DNA of 63,730 bases, counting the filler, from Octopus bimaculoides (taxonomy: Eukaryota): assembly GCF_001194135.2 (NCBI RefSeq). It is 7 parts of 6 records of this genome, joined end to end, with 100 filler letters (N's around TTAATTAATTAA, not from the genome) between each part and the next. Parts side by side here need not be neighbours in the genome. Positions count along the whole stretch, not along the records: positions 37,817 to 60,168 come from NC_069010.1; 6 more parts are not named here. One strand, 5' to 3'. This document shows, piece by piece, positions 39,336 through 50,859 of this stretch. The position numbers were made by a program, and so were the translations under genes. A model generated the notes under the pieces. The model had not been told where the DNA came from. It saw only the letters and a list, made by a program, of their open reading frames with translations, and made no database searches. Numbering within the stretch: position 1 is the stretch's first letter; every line of letters begins with the position of its first letter.

Positions 39336-39439
39336 CTGAAAAAAAAGAGAAAAAAAAAGGCACAGTTGACCATTCACTATACATTGGTTTCAAATTAGGG
39401 CACAAGACCAACAAGTTTAGGGAGAAGGCAAGTCCTCAG

Positions 39440-40092
39440 TTTTTAGCTGGTCCCTATTTCATTGATCCTGAAAGGATGCAAGGCAAAGTTGACCTCGGCG
39501 GAATTTGAACTCAGAACATAAAGATGACCAAAATGCTGCTAAGCGTTTAGCGTGGTGTGCTAACAATTCTGCCAGCTTGCTACCTTACCAGTTAATATAT
39601 ATTGACAATATTACAGATGACCAGTCAACTGGTCAACACAAATTGACAACATTATGATTGACTGGTCAAGATGTTATGATAGTGTTATACTTGACAGGTA
39701 AACATGAAGCACAGCTGACCAGCCAATACACATTGGCAATATTATGGCTCATCAGTCAACATATATTAACATGGTCAATTGGTCAACACATTTGACAATA
39801 TTACGATTCATTGGTCATAATGATAATGTTATATAATTGACTGGTCAATATGAATTACTGCTGGCCAATTAACTGATCAACATAAGTTAAATCATTTTAA
39901 ATTTATGAAAGACATATCTCAGAAAACAACAGAATATTCTGGTAAAATGTAGAGGAAGCAACTATTATTATTATTAAGGCGGAGAGCTGACAGAAACATT
40001 AGTGTGTCGAAAGAAATGCTTAGCAGTATTTCGTCCACCGCTACATTCTGAGTTCAAATTCTGCTGAGGTCAACTTTGCCTTTCATCCTTAC
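39440..40092. mobile_element. Two family A SINEs in opposite orientation in LZTR1 intron 11 (39440-39590 -, 39974-40092 +)
   Basis: GGCAAAGTTGACCTCGGCGGAATTTGAACTCAGAAC versus TTCTGAGTTCAAATTCTGCTGAGGTCAACTTTGCC. Confidence 0.8.
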
Positions 40093-40275
40093 ACAACACA
40101 CAAGCCTGGTCTGGGAATTGAACTCACAATCGCACAGTTGTAAGCTGGATGATCTAACCACTGAACAATGTGCCTTCACACACTTTATATCATTAGAACA
40201 CTAACACACACACACATTAACTGACCTTATCGGAACACACACACACACACACACACACATTCTCTCTGTCCTTAC

Positions 40276-40368
40276 CGATCCCACGATGAAGGAAACATCA
40301 CAGAACTGACGACTTTCCAGCAGACGTTCATAATCTTCATGAAGAGTACACTTTGGGTAACTGGAGAA
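40276..40368 (-). CDS. LZTR1: LZTR1 exon 11 ([31 protein letters not shown]), start of BTB1
   Basis: ttttgcag acceptor, GTAAGG donor, 93 nt; human [30 protein letters not shown]. Confidence 0.96.
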
Positions 40369-40468
40369 CTGCAAAAAGAGGAGGGGAAAAAAAAAAGGGT
40401 CCATTCTTTAAAAATAATTTTCACCTTTTAATAGCAAAGTTTAAAACTTGTGAGTTCAAAATAATTTT

Positions 40469-41008
40469 GGTTGGTTGGCTAGCTGGCTTCATGCCCTTGT
40501 TTGACGGGGCTTGGCTCATTCCAAATTAGTGGTCCCAGATGTGAATCATGTGCAGAGCCAACAAGGTCCACCAGTGCTTGCCATTGCTGGCAATCCCATA
40601 CTAGCCTCGCTGCATCCTCCAAGGTGACAGTGAGCCTTTGGAGACCTTCCCCAATCACGTCCAGCCATCTGGTGTGGGGGCCTGCCACTACGGAAGTCCT
40701 GCTGGTGCCATTGCTCAATCGCCCAGAAGACAAAAAGCTCCACATCTACAATGCATTGGTCTTCTCAATTCTCCTTTAACGAGTAGAAACGTGGCCCCTC
40801 TTAAAGACACCTGGTAATGAGGATTGATAGCTTTGACAGCAGGCCTGAGAACCATTAAGAACATCAGACGATACCATCGTGTTTCCAACAAAGAAATGTG
40901 CGTGCGCATGCACCAGCCCATAGCCTCCTACCTCATAGCTATCCGTGGCATGTGCTGGTATGGACATATCCTCCATCTCCCACTAGATCATCCTATAAAG
41001 GTATACTC
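40469..41008. mobile_element. 5'-inverted RTE-type LINE insertion with 13-bp TSD in LZTR1 intron 10
   Basis: 3' end on minus strand (P.TRWLDVIGEGLQRLTVTLEDAARL..QQWQALVDLVGS), upstream RT C-terminus on plus strand ([33 protein letters not shown]); TCAAAATAATTTT 40456-40468 / TCAAAATTATTTT 41009-41021. Confidence 0.85.
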
Positions 41009-41117
41009 TCAAAATTATTTTACTGGATTTTAATGTAAAACTTATAAAATATACTGAGGTCAATGTGTGCATATGCATGCATGTGTGTGTGTGTGTGTGT
41101 ACATGTTTATCCCTTAC

Positions 41118-41228
41118 CTGGAATCTGTATATCTCTCCACTGCGGACATTATTGTCCACTGTGCCACCAAATATATACATTGCATCTGCAACAACGGCAG
41201 CAGCGTGAAACAAGCGTCCAGTCGGTAC
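41118..41228 (-). CDS. LZTR1: LZTR1 exon 10 ([37 protein letters not shown]), Kelch 6
   Basis: ttgcag acceptor, GTAAGG donor, 111 nt; human [37 protein letters not shown]. Confidence 0.96.
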
Positions 41229-41996
41229 CTGCAACAAGAAGCATCAAAACCCATCTCTGTGAGAAAAAAGTAACAACAACAACAACAACAACAAATATGA
41301 GGGGGGGAGGTGAATCGGTGCATGGCCACAAACTTAGGTGGCGTGGAGCAAGGGTACAGTCCCTTACAATCATCCTTATCACCTTCAGCCCCCACCAAGG
41401 CATTACTGTCAGGAGATCCCCCCCCCCAAGACATACAAGGTTGATTTACTCATCACGCATGGCGTATTAAATGAGCAAGATCATAAAAATTCCCCTGAAC
41501 GAGACCCCTGTCTGTCTCAGAGTTACTCATTCACATCCTTTCACACACATTTTTAGGGTCTTAGTGATTCACATGAAAAAAGGAATTGGATCTTTTTCGT
41601 TGTCTTCCAACCACAAATTTTAATCTGAAAATTTTCCAAAAAAAAAATCTACTTTTGATATAGTTTTGCACGTTGATGACAAATATCACATATGTTATTC
41701 TGGAAGATTTATGATTAAAGAAGTTAGAAGCAAGTTATGTATTTCAGGGGTGTATATTCCGGGAGTGCTAGGTCTCCGCATCGGAAATGGCAAATCTAAT
41801 ATATAAATCCGGTTCTGTCTGTCTGTTTTTTTGTGCGCTTATAACTCGAGTATTATTCATCCGATTGCACCGAAATAACATAGTCTCTGACATTAAAATA
41901 AAAAAAGCCAAGGAAATAGCTTTGATTATAAGTCTGCCTCAATCAGACTTAGCCTGGGGTTAAACAACAACAACAACAGATCTATTGTGGTTTTAC

Positions 41997-42051
41997 CTGA
42001 CTATCTCTGGAAGGTTCTATCACTGACCAGGTTTGGGAATCCAAATCAAAA
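41997..42051 (-). CDS. LZTR1: LZTR1 exon 9 (FDLDSQTWSVIEPSRDSQ)
   Basis: tctttctag acceptor, GTAAAA donor, 55 nt; human CYDVDFQTWEVVQPSSDSE. Confidence 0.93.
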
Positions 42052-42220
42052 CTAGAAAGAGAGAGAGAGAAATGGTGTAACAGGCAGACATCATCATAGA
42101 ATAACATACATACATATAGACAAATAATATACATACATGCAGACAATATACGAGGGTGAGTCAAAAAGATTTCAATGCTAGAAAACTGACAGGATGGTAC
42201 CCACAACTTCTTTTACTCAC

Positions 42221-42367
42221 CAATGAAGGTCATTCGGTAGTGTTTGTCCAGTGGCGCCACCAAAGACATAAAGGTGACGATCATAAGCAACCATGGTGTG
42301 GCCATACCGCTTCTCTGGTGGAGGGGGTGCTCCCCGAAGGATGTGTTCCGTTGAGATAATCGTCCAC
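42221..42367 (-). CDS. LZTR1: LZTR1 exon 8 ([49 protein letters not shown]), Kelch 5
   Basis: gttgtcag acceptor, GTGAGT donor, 147 nt; human [37 protein letters not shown]. Confidence 0.96.
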
Positions 42368-42534
42368 CTGACAACAACAGGAATGAAACAGTTATTAACA
42401 ATCATTTACATAGTAATTAAACATTGATTTGATATTAATTAACCAGTGAGTTTGACATTCATTAGGTAGGTATACAATTGCTTATTCATTGCACCCCATG
42501 TCAAATGTGGTGCGCACATGAAAAAACTGCACTA

Positions 42535-42770
42535 GTGCAGGCACGGGCATGGCTGTGTGGTAAGTAGCTTGCTTATCAACCACATGGTTCTGGGTTCAGT
42601 CCCACTGCGTGGCACCTTGGGCAAGTGTTTTCTACTATAAGCCTTGGGCCAGCAAAAGCCTTGTGAGTGGATTTGGTAGACGGAAACTGAAAGAAGCCCA
42701 CCGTATATATATCTTTTACTCTTTTACTTGTTTCAGTCATTTGACTGTGGCCATGCTAGAGCATGTCTCT
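42535..42770 (+). mobile_element. Family B SINE 5' half plus inverted tail fragment, LZTR1 intron 7
   Basis: GGCATGGCTGTGTGGTAAGTAGC..CACCTTGGGCAAG..GAAGCCC then CTTTTACTTGTTTCAGTCATTTGACTG. Confidence 0.8.
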
Positions 42771-42873
42771 TTTTTTTTTTTTTTTTTTTTGGGACGAGGG
42801 GGCCTGACCTGTAGCTAAACAACAACAACAACAAAACAGGGAGAGAGAGAGATTAGTAAGACAACGAACTTAC

Positions 42874-43013
42874 TGGTTCTGATCAAATCTAAACTGGAAA
42901 AGATTGTTGGTGATTTTGGCTCCACTTTGTCCTGAGAAGACAAACATTGAGTCCCTGGCCACAGCTAGGGCAAAGTTACAGCAGGTTGGCGGGATGTTCC
43001 CAGTTTGGTTGAC
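42874..43013 (-). CDS. LZTR1: LZTR1 exon 7 ([47 protein letters not shown]), Kelch 4
   Basis: tttacag acceptor, GTAAGT donor, 140 nt; human [34 protein letters not shown]. Confidence 0.96.
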
Positions 43014-43161
43014 CTGTAAACACAAGACAGGGTTAACCCTTTAGTGTTCAGATTATTCTAACAAACATAACATGCTTATTGATTCACATTGATTTGAATT
43101 AATCATGGATTATCTCATATCTTCAAGATCTTGATGGTGTAAATAGTTAATGTAGAATAAC

Positions 43162-43513
43162 ATTGTATTATAGGTGTGAGAGGAGGCGCAATGGTCCAGT
43201 GGTTAGGGTAGCGGACTCACGGTCACAGGTTCGCGGTTTCGATTCCCAGTCCGGGCGTTGTGAGTGTTTATTGAGCGAAAACACCTAAAAGCTCCACAAG
43301 GCTCCGGCAGGGGATGGTGGCGAACCCTGCTGTACTCTTTCACCACAACTTTCTCTCACTCTTTACTTCCTGTTTCTGTTGTGCCTGTAATTCAAAGGGT
43401 CAGCCTTGTCACACGCTGTGTCACACTGAATATCCCCGAGAACCACGTTAAGGGTACACGTGTCTGTGGAGTGCTCAGCCACTTGCACGTTAATTTCACG
43501 CGCAGCAGGCTGT
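43162..43513 (+). mobile_element. tRNA-derived SINE, family C
   Basis: Head GGAGGCGCAATGGTCCAGTGGTTAGG..GGTTTCGATTCCC; body shared with 58810-59360, 59887-60168, 63208-63580. Confidence 0.85.
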
Positions 43514-44781
43514 NNNNNNNNNNNNNNNNNNNNNNNNNNNNNNNNNNNNNNNNNNNNNNNNNNNNNNNNNNNNNNNNNNNNNNNNNNNNNNNNNNNNNNN
43601 NNNNNNNNNNNNNNNNNNNNNNNNNNNNNNNNNNNNNNNNNNNNNNNNNNNNNNNNNNNNNNNNNNNNNNNNNNNNNNNNNNNNNNNNNNNNNNNNNNNN
43701 NNNNNNNNNNNNNNNNNNNNNNNNNNNNNNNNNNNNNNNNNNNNNNNNNNNNNNNNNNNNNNNNNNNNNNNNNNNNNNNNNNNNNNNNNNNNNNNNNNNN
43801 NNNNNNNNNNNNNNNNNNNNNNNNNNNNNNNNNNNNNNNNNNNNNNNNNNNNNNNNNNNNNNNNNNNNNNNNNNNNNNNNNNNNNNNNNNNNNNNNNNNN
43901 NNNNNNNNNNNNNNNNNNNNNNNNNNNNNNNNNNNNNNNNNNNNNNNNNNNNNNNNNNNNNNNNNNNNNNNNNNNNNNNNNNNNNNNNNNNNNNNNNNNN
44001 NNNNNNNNNNNNNNNNNNNNNNNNNNNNNNNNNNNNNNNNNNNNNNNNNNNNNNNNNNNNNNNNNNNNNNNNNNNNNNNNNNNNNNNNNNNNNNNNNNNN
44101 NNNNNNNNNNNNNNNNNNNNNNNNNNNNNNNNNNNNNNNNNNNNNNNNNNNNNNNNNNNNNNNNNNNNNNNNNNNNNNNNNNNNNNNNNNNNNNNNNNNN
44201 NNNNNNNNNNNNNNNNNNNNNNNNNNNNNNNNNNNNGGTGGTATTAGTCACAGTGGTGATGGAGGTGGTGTTGGTTGTGATGGTCATAGTGATGGCAGTT
44301 GTTGCTGTGGTGGTGGTTGTGATAGCGGTTGTTATTGTTATGGTGGTGGTGGTGGCGGTATTGGTTGCAGTGGTGATAGAGGTAGTGTAGGTCGAACGGT
44401 GATAGTAGTGGTGGTGATGATGATGATAGTGGCAATGGTTGTTGTTGTTGTGGTGGTGGTAGTGATAGTGGTGTGGTGGTATTAGTCACAGTGGTGATGG
44501 AGGTGGTGTTGGTTGTGATGGTCATAGTGATGGCAGTTGTTGCTGTGGTGGTGGTTGTAACCTCTGAGCCATGCGCTTTCACTCATTTTCATAATTAGCA
44601 TAAAAAACTACATTAATACACCAAATCTGAAATCAATTGGAACAAAATTTAAGGCATTGAAAAGTGCGAGCCAAACAGAAAAGAACACCATTTGGCTCTC
44701 TATTTGTCCTGCATAGTTCCATAGGGAACAACAACAACAACAATGGCATGAAGAACAGAATCAAGAAATGCGGGCCCTTAC

Positions 44782-44920
44782 CTGAAGCCATTGCTTACAG
44801 TCCCCTTCTAGAGAAATAGTCCACATGTCATTTAGCCTGGCATTACCGTCGTAACCAGCAAAGATCCAGAGCTTCTGGTCATAGACGGCGGCACCATGCG
44901 CGGCTCTGGCCACTGGCATC
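44782..44920 (-). CDS. LZTR1: LZTR1 exon 6 ([46 protein letters not shown]), Kelch 3
   Basis: ttgcag acceptor, GTAAGG donor, 139 nt; human [35 protein letters not shown]. Confidence 0.96.
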
Positions 44921-45034
44921 CTGCAATAGAAGAATCGATCCACAAAACACCATTAACAACAGGAGAAAATTCCAGAATTTTCCGATGTCTAAGCATTACC
45001 TTTTTTTTTACAGCTTTCTGATTGCTCTTTTATT

Positions 45035-45412
45035 CTTTTCCTTGTTTCAGTCGTTTGACTGTGGCCATGCTGGAACACCGCCTTTAGTCGAGCAAATCGA
45101 CCCCAGGACTTATTCTTTGGAAGCCTAGTACTTATTCTATCAGTCTCTTTTGCCGAACTGCTAAGTTACGGGGACGTAAACACACCAGCATCGGTTGTCA
45201 AGCGATGTTGGAGGGGGCAAACACAGACACACATACACACACACACACATATATATATATATACATATACATATATATGACGGGCTTCTTTCAGTTTCCT
45301 TCTACCAAATCCACTAGTAGAAGACACTTGCCCAAGATGCCACGCAGTGGGATTGAACCTGGAACCATGTGGTTAGTAAGCAAGGTACTTACCACACAGC
45401 CACTCCTACGCC
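45035..45412 (-). mobile_element. Family B SINE, LZTR1 intron 5
   Basis: Reverse complement of the 49798-50244 copy with an internal deletion. Confidence 0.85.
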
Positions 45413-45580
45413 TAACTTGCTGTTAATTTTTGTTCATCATAGGGCACACGGAATCACAAGAAGTGGTTTTACGCCAGCAGAGCAGTTAGGGTATAACAGA
45501 GGGACAGAGATAGGGGTCTTCATTATTAATGTCCATCTTCCATGCTGGCATGGGTTCTATGGTTTGACAGAAGCTGGTAA

Positions 45581-45812
45581 AGCGGCGAGCTGGCAGAAAC
45601 GTTAGCACGCCGGACGAAATGCTTAGCGGTATTTCGTCTCCCGCTACGTTCTGAGTTCAAATTCCGCCGAGGTCGACTTTGCCTTTCATCCTTTCGGGGT
45701 CGATAAATTAAGTACCAGTTATGCACTGGGGGTCAATGTAATCGACTTAATCCCTTTGTCTGTCTCTGTTTGTCCCCTCTATGTTTAGCCCCTTGTGGGC
45801 AATAAAGAAATA
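45581..45812 (+). mobile_element. Family A SINE with 12-bp TSD
   Basis: AGAAGCTGGTAA at 45569-45580 and 45813-45824. Confidence 0.9.
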
Positions 45813-46374
45813 AGAAGCTGGTAAGTTGAAGAGCTGCACTGGTTCCATTGTCTGTTTCGGCATGGTTTCAACAGCTCAATGACTTTTCTAATGCCAACCA
45901 CTATAAAGAGAGTAGTGGGAAGATTTCTACATGGCACCAACATCAGTGGGGTTCCTCTCAGCTGGGAAAGGGAGTAGAACCAAGGGAAGTGTTTGTGTGC
46001 CACTTCCCTTGTATGATAGAGGGACAGAGACAGTTGTCTTACTATAGAGGAGATACTTAGCTACCTGAGTAGAAAAGAGAGGAGGGGAGCACATCATAGG
46101 CTTCTTTTAGTTTCCATCTATCAAATCCACTCACAAGGTTTTGGTTGAACCAAGATTACAATATAAGACACTTGGCCAAGGTGCCGTGCAGTGGGACTGA
46201 ACCTGGAACCCATGTGGTTGGGTAGCACGGTTCTTACCACGCAACCAAATATAATGTATGTAATGTGCTTTGGACAGGACATGGTCCTTTCTCATTGCTA
46301 GAAATGGTAGTGAAGTCAAAGCAGTCCAGAAAGGGAGACACGGCAAGGCAAGAGTTATGATAATGCCTACTTAC

Positions 46375-46483
46375 TGTCCTTCGAATTTCCATTTGAGCCA
46401 TTGTCCAGTGGTGAATTTGTACTCAAAGAGGTCATTTTTGTTGGTCAAGTTGGAATTAGAATGGATGTCCCCTGTATAACCAC
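46375..46483 (-). CDS. LZTR1: LZTR1 exon 5 ([36 protein letters not shown])
   Basis: ttttcag acceptor, GTAAGT donor, 109 nt; human [28 protein letters not shown]. Confidence 0.95.
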
Positions 46484-46870
46484 CTGAAAAGATATCAAAA
46501 AATATATTTCAAATTATCTTTCATGTGCATGTATATATATGTATTTAAAAAAAAAATCAACCTATACATACATACATACATACATACATACATACATACA
46601 TACATACATACATACATACATCAATCAACCTTTGAACGTTGCGCCTTACAGGGGCAAAGTGGTTGAGTACCTTCCGAGCGTTGGACCTGACGGAGGCAAA
46701 GTGGCTGAGATGACAGATGCCTTTCATCCTTTTGGGGTCGATTAAATAAGTACCAGTTACGCACTGGGGTTGATATAATCGACTTAATCCGTTTGTCTGT
46801 CCTTGTTTGTCCCCTCTGTGTTTAGCCCCCCTGTGAGTAGTAAAGGAATAAGAAATAAGTAATACTTTAC

Positions 46871-46950
46871 CGAAGACAAACATGCTTTGGTCATAAACAA
46901 CAGTGGAGTGATGATAGCGCTGGAGAGGAGGTGTTCCAGTAGTAAAGGCC
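46871..46950 (-). CDS. LZTR1: LZTR1 exon 4 ([27 protein letters not shown]), Kelch 2
   Basis: ccttccag acceptor, GTAAAG donor, 80 nt; human [27 protein letters not shown]. Confidence 0.95.
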
Positions 46951-48479
46951 CTGGAAGGGACAGAAAAGATGGGGGTATAATAAAAGCTGTTAAATCGGGT
47001 GATTACTGCAAAGGGACAGAAAATAACTGAATAATTTTGTGTGTGTTAGAGAGAGAGAGAGAGAGATAGAGTAACAGAGAGAGAGAAAGAGAAAGACAGA
47101 GAGTGTTTCTGGCAGAATGCAGTTACCTTTTACTTGTTTCAGTCATTTGAGTGTGGCCATGCTGGGGCACTGCCTTGAGCAACTTTAAGCCAAACNNNNN
47201 NNNNNNNNNNNNNNNNNNNNNNNNNNNNNNNNNNNNNNNNNNNNNNNNNNNNNNNNNNNNNNNNNNNNNNNNNNNNNNNNNNNNNNNNNNNNNNNNNNNN
47301 NNNNNNNNNNNNNNNNNNNNNNNNNNNNNNNNNNNNNNNNNNNNNNNNNNNNNNNNNNNNNNNNNNNNNNNNNNNNNNNNNNNNNNNNNNNNNNNNNNNN
47401 NNNNNNNNNNNNNNNNNNNNNNNNNNNNNNNNNNNNNNNNNNNNNNNNNNNNNNNNNNNNNNNNNNNNNNNNNNNNNNNNNNNNNNNNNNNNNNNNNNNN
47501 NNNNNNNNNNNNNNNNNNNNNNNNNNNNNNNNNNNNNNNNNNNNNNNNNNNNNNNNNNNNNNNNNNNNNNNNNNNNNNNNNNNNNNNNNNNNNNNNNNNN
47601 NNNNNNNNNNNNNNNNNNNNNNNNNNNNNNNNNNNNNNNNNNNNNNNNNNNNNNNNNNNNNNNNNNNNNNNNNNNNNNNNNNNNNNNNNNNNNNNNNNNN
47701 NNNNNNNNNNNNNNNNNNNNNNNNNNNNNNNNNNNNNNNNNNNNNNNNNNNNNNNNNNNNNNNNNNNNNNNNNNNNNNNNNACATCTAACCCGCTAGAAA
47801 GAGCAGCCAAAGTTATCTACACCACAAAATTAGGGATAATTTCGAAAAGGAATGGAAAATAAAAACATTTACCATCTATATTCCGAACCAGGTTTCAAGT
47901 TATTTTAGCAAAACAAGTTATTTTGCGAGGCCAACTATCATCAGCAGAATAGCCTAGACCGACATGCATGCACGGGGCACTCCATAGAGAACTGTGTGTG
48001 CGCATATTTGTGTGTGTGTGTGTGTGTGTGTTTGTGTGTCTGTGTTTGTCCCCTCACATCGCTTGACAACTGATGCTGATGTGTTTATGCCCCTGTAACT
48101 TAGTGGTTCAGTAGAAGAGATCGATAGAATAAGTACTAGGCTTACAAAGAATAAGTCCTGGGGTCAGTTTGTTCGACTAAAGGCAGTGCTCCAGCATGGC
48201 TGCAGACAAATCACTGAAACATGTAAAAGAATAAAGGAATATATATGATGTGCTTCTTTCAGTTTCTGTCTCTCAAATCCACTCACAAGGCTTTGGTCAG
48301 CTTGAGGCTATAGTAGAAGACACTTGCCCAAGGTGCCACAAAGTGTGACTGATCCCAGAACCATGTGATTGGGAAACACTTTTTAACCACCACATAGCCA
48401 CACCTGCGTCATAACCATGCCTTCACCATAGCCACACCTGTGCCATGACCACGCCTGCACCATAAATATACATAAATAT

Positions 48480-48800
48480 ATATTGGGTTGGCAAGAAAGT
48501 AATTTCGTTTTTCACAAATAGAGTTACAATTTTTTTGAATAACTTTTGTCAACGTTAGGATTCTTTTCCTTTCGACATTAGATAGCTGTTACTTTTAGCT
48601 TATTTTTTAAGCAAATTGCACATAATTCTGTTTACAGCTGTTGGTTCAGTGTCAATTTTAACATGGAGTGTAAAAACAAACATTTGGGCCATATTTTACT
48701 TTTTTACTTCTGTAAATGCAAGAAAGCTGCTGAGGCTCTCAAAGACATATGTGAAGTTTATGGTGTTGATTACATAACAGAATGCACATGTCAGAGATAT
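48480..48800 (+). mobile_element. Mariner 5' fragment in LZTR1 intron 3
   Basis: TIR TTGGGTTGGCAAGAAAGTAATTTCG as at 2852; MECKNKHLGHILLFYFCKCKKAAEALKDICEVYG. Confidence 0.85.
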
Positions 48801-48886
48801 ACAATCTCAACCCGTCTCTCTGTCTCTTGTCCAATCCTATGTAAAATGTCCAAACTGAAAAAAAAAAATCAATGTGAAACACTTAC

Positions 48887-48943
48887 CTTCCCCAAGACTT
48901 ATCCTTTACATCGAACCTGAGGAGATCATTCAGCATGGTTTTC
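48887..48943 (-). CDS. LZTR1: LZTR1 exon 3 (KTMLNDLLRFDVKDKSWGR)
   Basis: tcttcag acceptor, GTAAGT donor, 57 nt; human KTMLNDLLRFDVKDCSWCR. Confidence 0.95.
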
Positions 48944-48996
48944 CTGAAGATAAAATGGCAAAAACAGATAGAAATGACAGTCAGAAAGATTGAAAA

Positions 48997-49232
48997 AAGT
49001 GGTGAGCTGGCAGAACCGTTAGCACGCCGGGCGAAATGCTTAGCGGTACTTCGTCTGCCGTTACGTTCTGAGTTCAAATTCCGCCGAGGTCGACTTTGCC
49101 TTTCATCTTTTCAGGGTCGATAAATTAAGTACCAGTTACGCACTGGGGTCGATGTAATCGACTTAATCACTTTGTCTGTCCTTGTTTGTCACCCTCTATA
49201 TTTAGCCCCCTGTGGGCAATAGAGAAATAAGA
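48997..49232 (+). mobile_element. Family A SINE with 12-bp TSD near LZTR1 exon 3 acceptor
   Basis: AAAGATTGAAAA at 48985-48996 and 49233-49244. Confidence 0.9.
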
Positions 49233-49668
49233 AAGATTGAAAACCCAGGGAAGTATCATTAACTTTTAGCATTTAAAACAGGCCACAGGCCATCCAAATA
49301 TTCTCCCTGCTTTATGCTCAAATTGGTAAGATCTGACCTCTCATACCAATCCTACATAGTCATTCTATAAATAAACAAGCACATCAATGAAACATTGAAA
49401 CAAGGTATCATCATCATCATCATCATAAATGTTTAATGTCTGCCCTCCATGCTGCCATGGGTTGGACAGTTTGATAGGAACTGGCCAGGCAGAAGACTGT
49501 AGTAGACTTCTGTGTCTGTTTTTGCAGGGTTTTTACAACTGGAGGCAGACTTATTACATGTGAGGAAGGGTTGTCTCAAGGCCTGGTAAAAACAGCAGTA
49601 ATCAAGTGTGTGTTGCCTAGAGAGGAATATATCAAAATATTTAACAGGGAATAAATAGCATTACTAAC

Positions 49669-49731
49669 CCGTTATCTCCACCAAAGACATAAATAGCTTC
49701 ATTGAAGGCCACAACAGTGTGTTTGCTCCGT
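49669..49731 (-). CDS. LZTR1: LZTR1 exon 2 ([21 protein letters not shown]), Kelch 1
   Basis: ttttccag acceptor, GTTAGT donor, 63 nt, phase-compatible with exons 1 and 3; near identical to human [21 protein letters not shown]. Confidence 0.95.
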
Positions 49732-49797
49732 CTGGAAAAATAAAGAAGACAAAATAAGTCAGAAATCAAGAGGAACAGTATTTAAAGTTCTTATATA

Positions 49798-49961
49798 GGC
49801 GTAGGAGTGGCTGTGTGGTAAGTAGCTTGCTACCAACCACATGGTTCCAGGTTCAGTCCCGCTGCATGAAACCTTGGGCAAGTGTCTTCTACTATAGCCT
49901 CGGGCCGACCAAAGCCTTGTGAGTGGATTTGGTAGACGGAAACTGAAAGAAGCCCGTCGTA

Positions 49962-50002
<41 letters not shown>

Positions 50003-50244
50003 GTGTGTGTGTATATGTTTGTGTGTCACTGTGTTTGTTCCATCCCCCAACATCGCTTGACAGCCGATGCTGGTGTGTTTACGTCCTCGTAACTTAGCGG
50101 TTCGGCAAAAGAGAGACCGATAGAATAAATACTAGACTTCCAAAGAATAAGTCCTGGGGTCGATTTGCTCGACTGAAGGCAGTGATTCAGCATGGCCGCT
50201 GTCAAAATGACTGAAACAAGTAAAAAAGTAAAAGAGTAAAGAGT
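49798..50244 (+). mobile_element. Full-length family B (tRNA/CORE-type) SINE, LZTR1 intron 1
   Basis: A/B-box-like head, CCTTGGGCAAG core, internal (TA)(TG) microsatellite, (GTAAAAGA)n tail. Confidence 0.9.
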
Positions 50245-50696
50245 ACATAATTTAAGAGACGATCTTCCATCTGAAGAATTTCTAATAGTTCTAAAAGGTT
50301 ATTTAATTCTTTTGACATCAACCCACCATGAGACAACTTGAGTTCTGAGATACACAACTTATTTTGAAAGGTTCATATTTAAGTTAAAACTGCTCGCTAT
50401 AATATTAAACAGCCTTTTTGAGTTATGGCTCAAACAGTCTTAATATCCCAATATATATTTGTAGGGTGCAACTATGAGCAACATTTAGTTCCTATTTATA
50501 GCAAGGTGAGACCAACAACGTAGATACATCTGTATTCATAGGTTGTTCAGCTCCAGGTTAACCCAGATTCGATAAAAACATCAATGATCAAAACACTCCA
50601 GTCGTGACCATCTCCTCTACTTTTGGTGACTGTATGTTTTGTAATGTCCTTTTCTTATTTAAGACGGTAGAGTGTAATAAAAGGGAGATTTTACAC

Positions 50697-50859
50697 GGTA
50701 ATTTTTCAGATAAACACCTGCACGATCTTTACTAGGGGGTTAGGGTTACGGTTAGGGACAGAATTCCCTAACCCAAACCCTAAAACCCTAACCGTAACCC
50801 TAAACCTGACCCTAAACACTCTAGTGAAGATCGCGCGGGTGTTAATCTGTAAAATAACC
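50697..50859. mobile_element. Palindromic MITE with ~39-bp TIRs and internal degenerate TTAGGG/CCCTAA repeats
   Basis: GGTAATTTTTCAGATAAACACCTGCACGATCTTTACTAG pairs with CTAGTGAAGATCGCGCGGGTGTTAATCTGTAAAATAACC; GATTTTAC at 50687-50694 and 50860-50867. Confidence 0.8.

Noticed and set aside
41796-41940. Helitron-like 5' end (ATCTAATATATAAA + CTGT repeats)
   Set aside because: No 3' hairpin/CTRR end identified; too weak to call
43162-43250. tRNA genes at SINE heads (also 49798, 28475, 63580)
   Set aside because: Only A/B-box remnants; no acceptor stem; each continues into a shared SINE body
44237-44558. Repeated ~85-bp GGT-rich block
   Set aside because: Local duplication inside a low-complexity intronic tract next to a gap; no further structure
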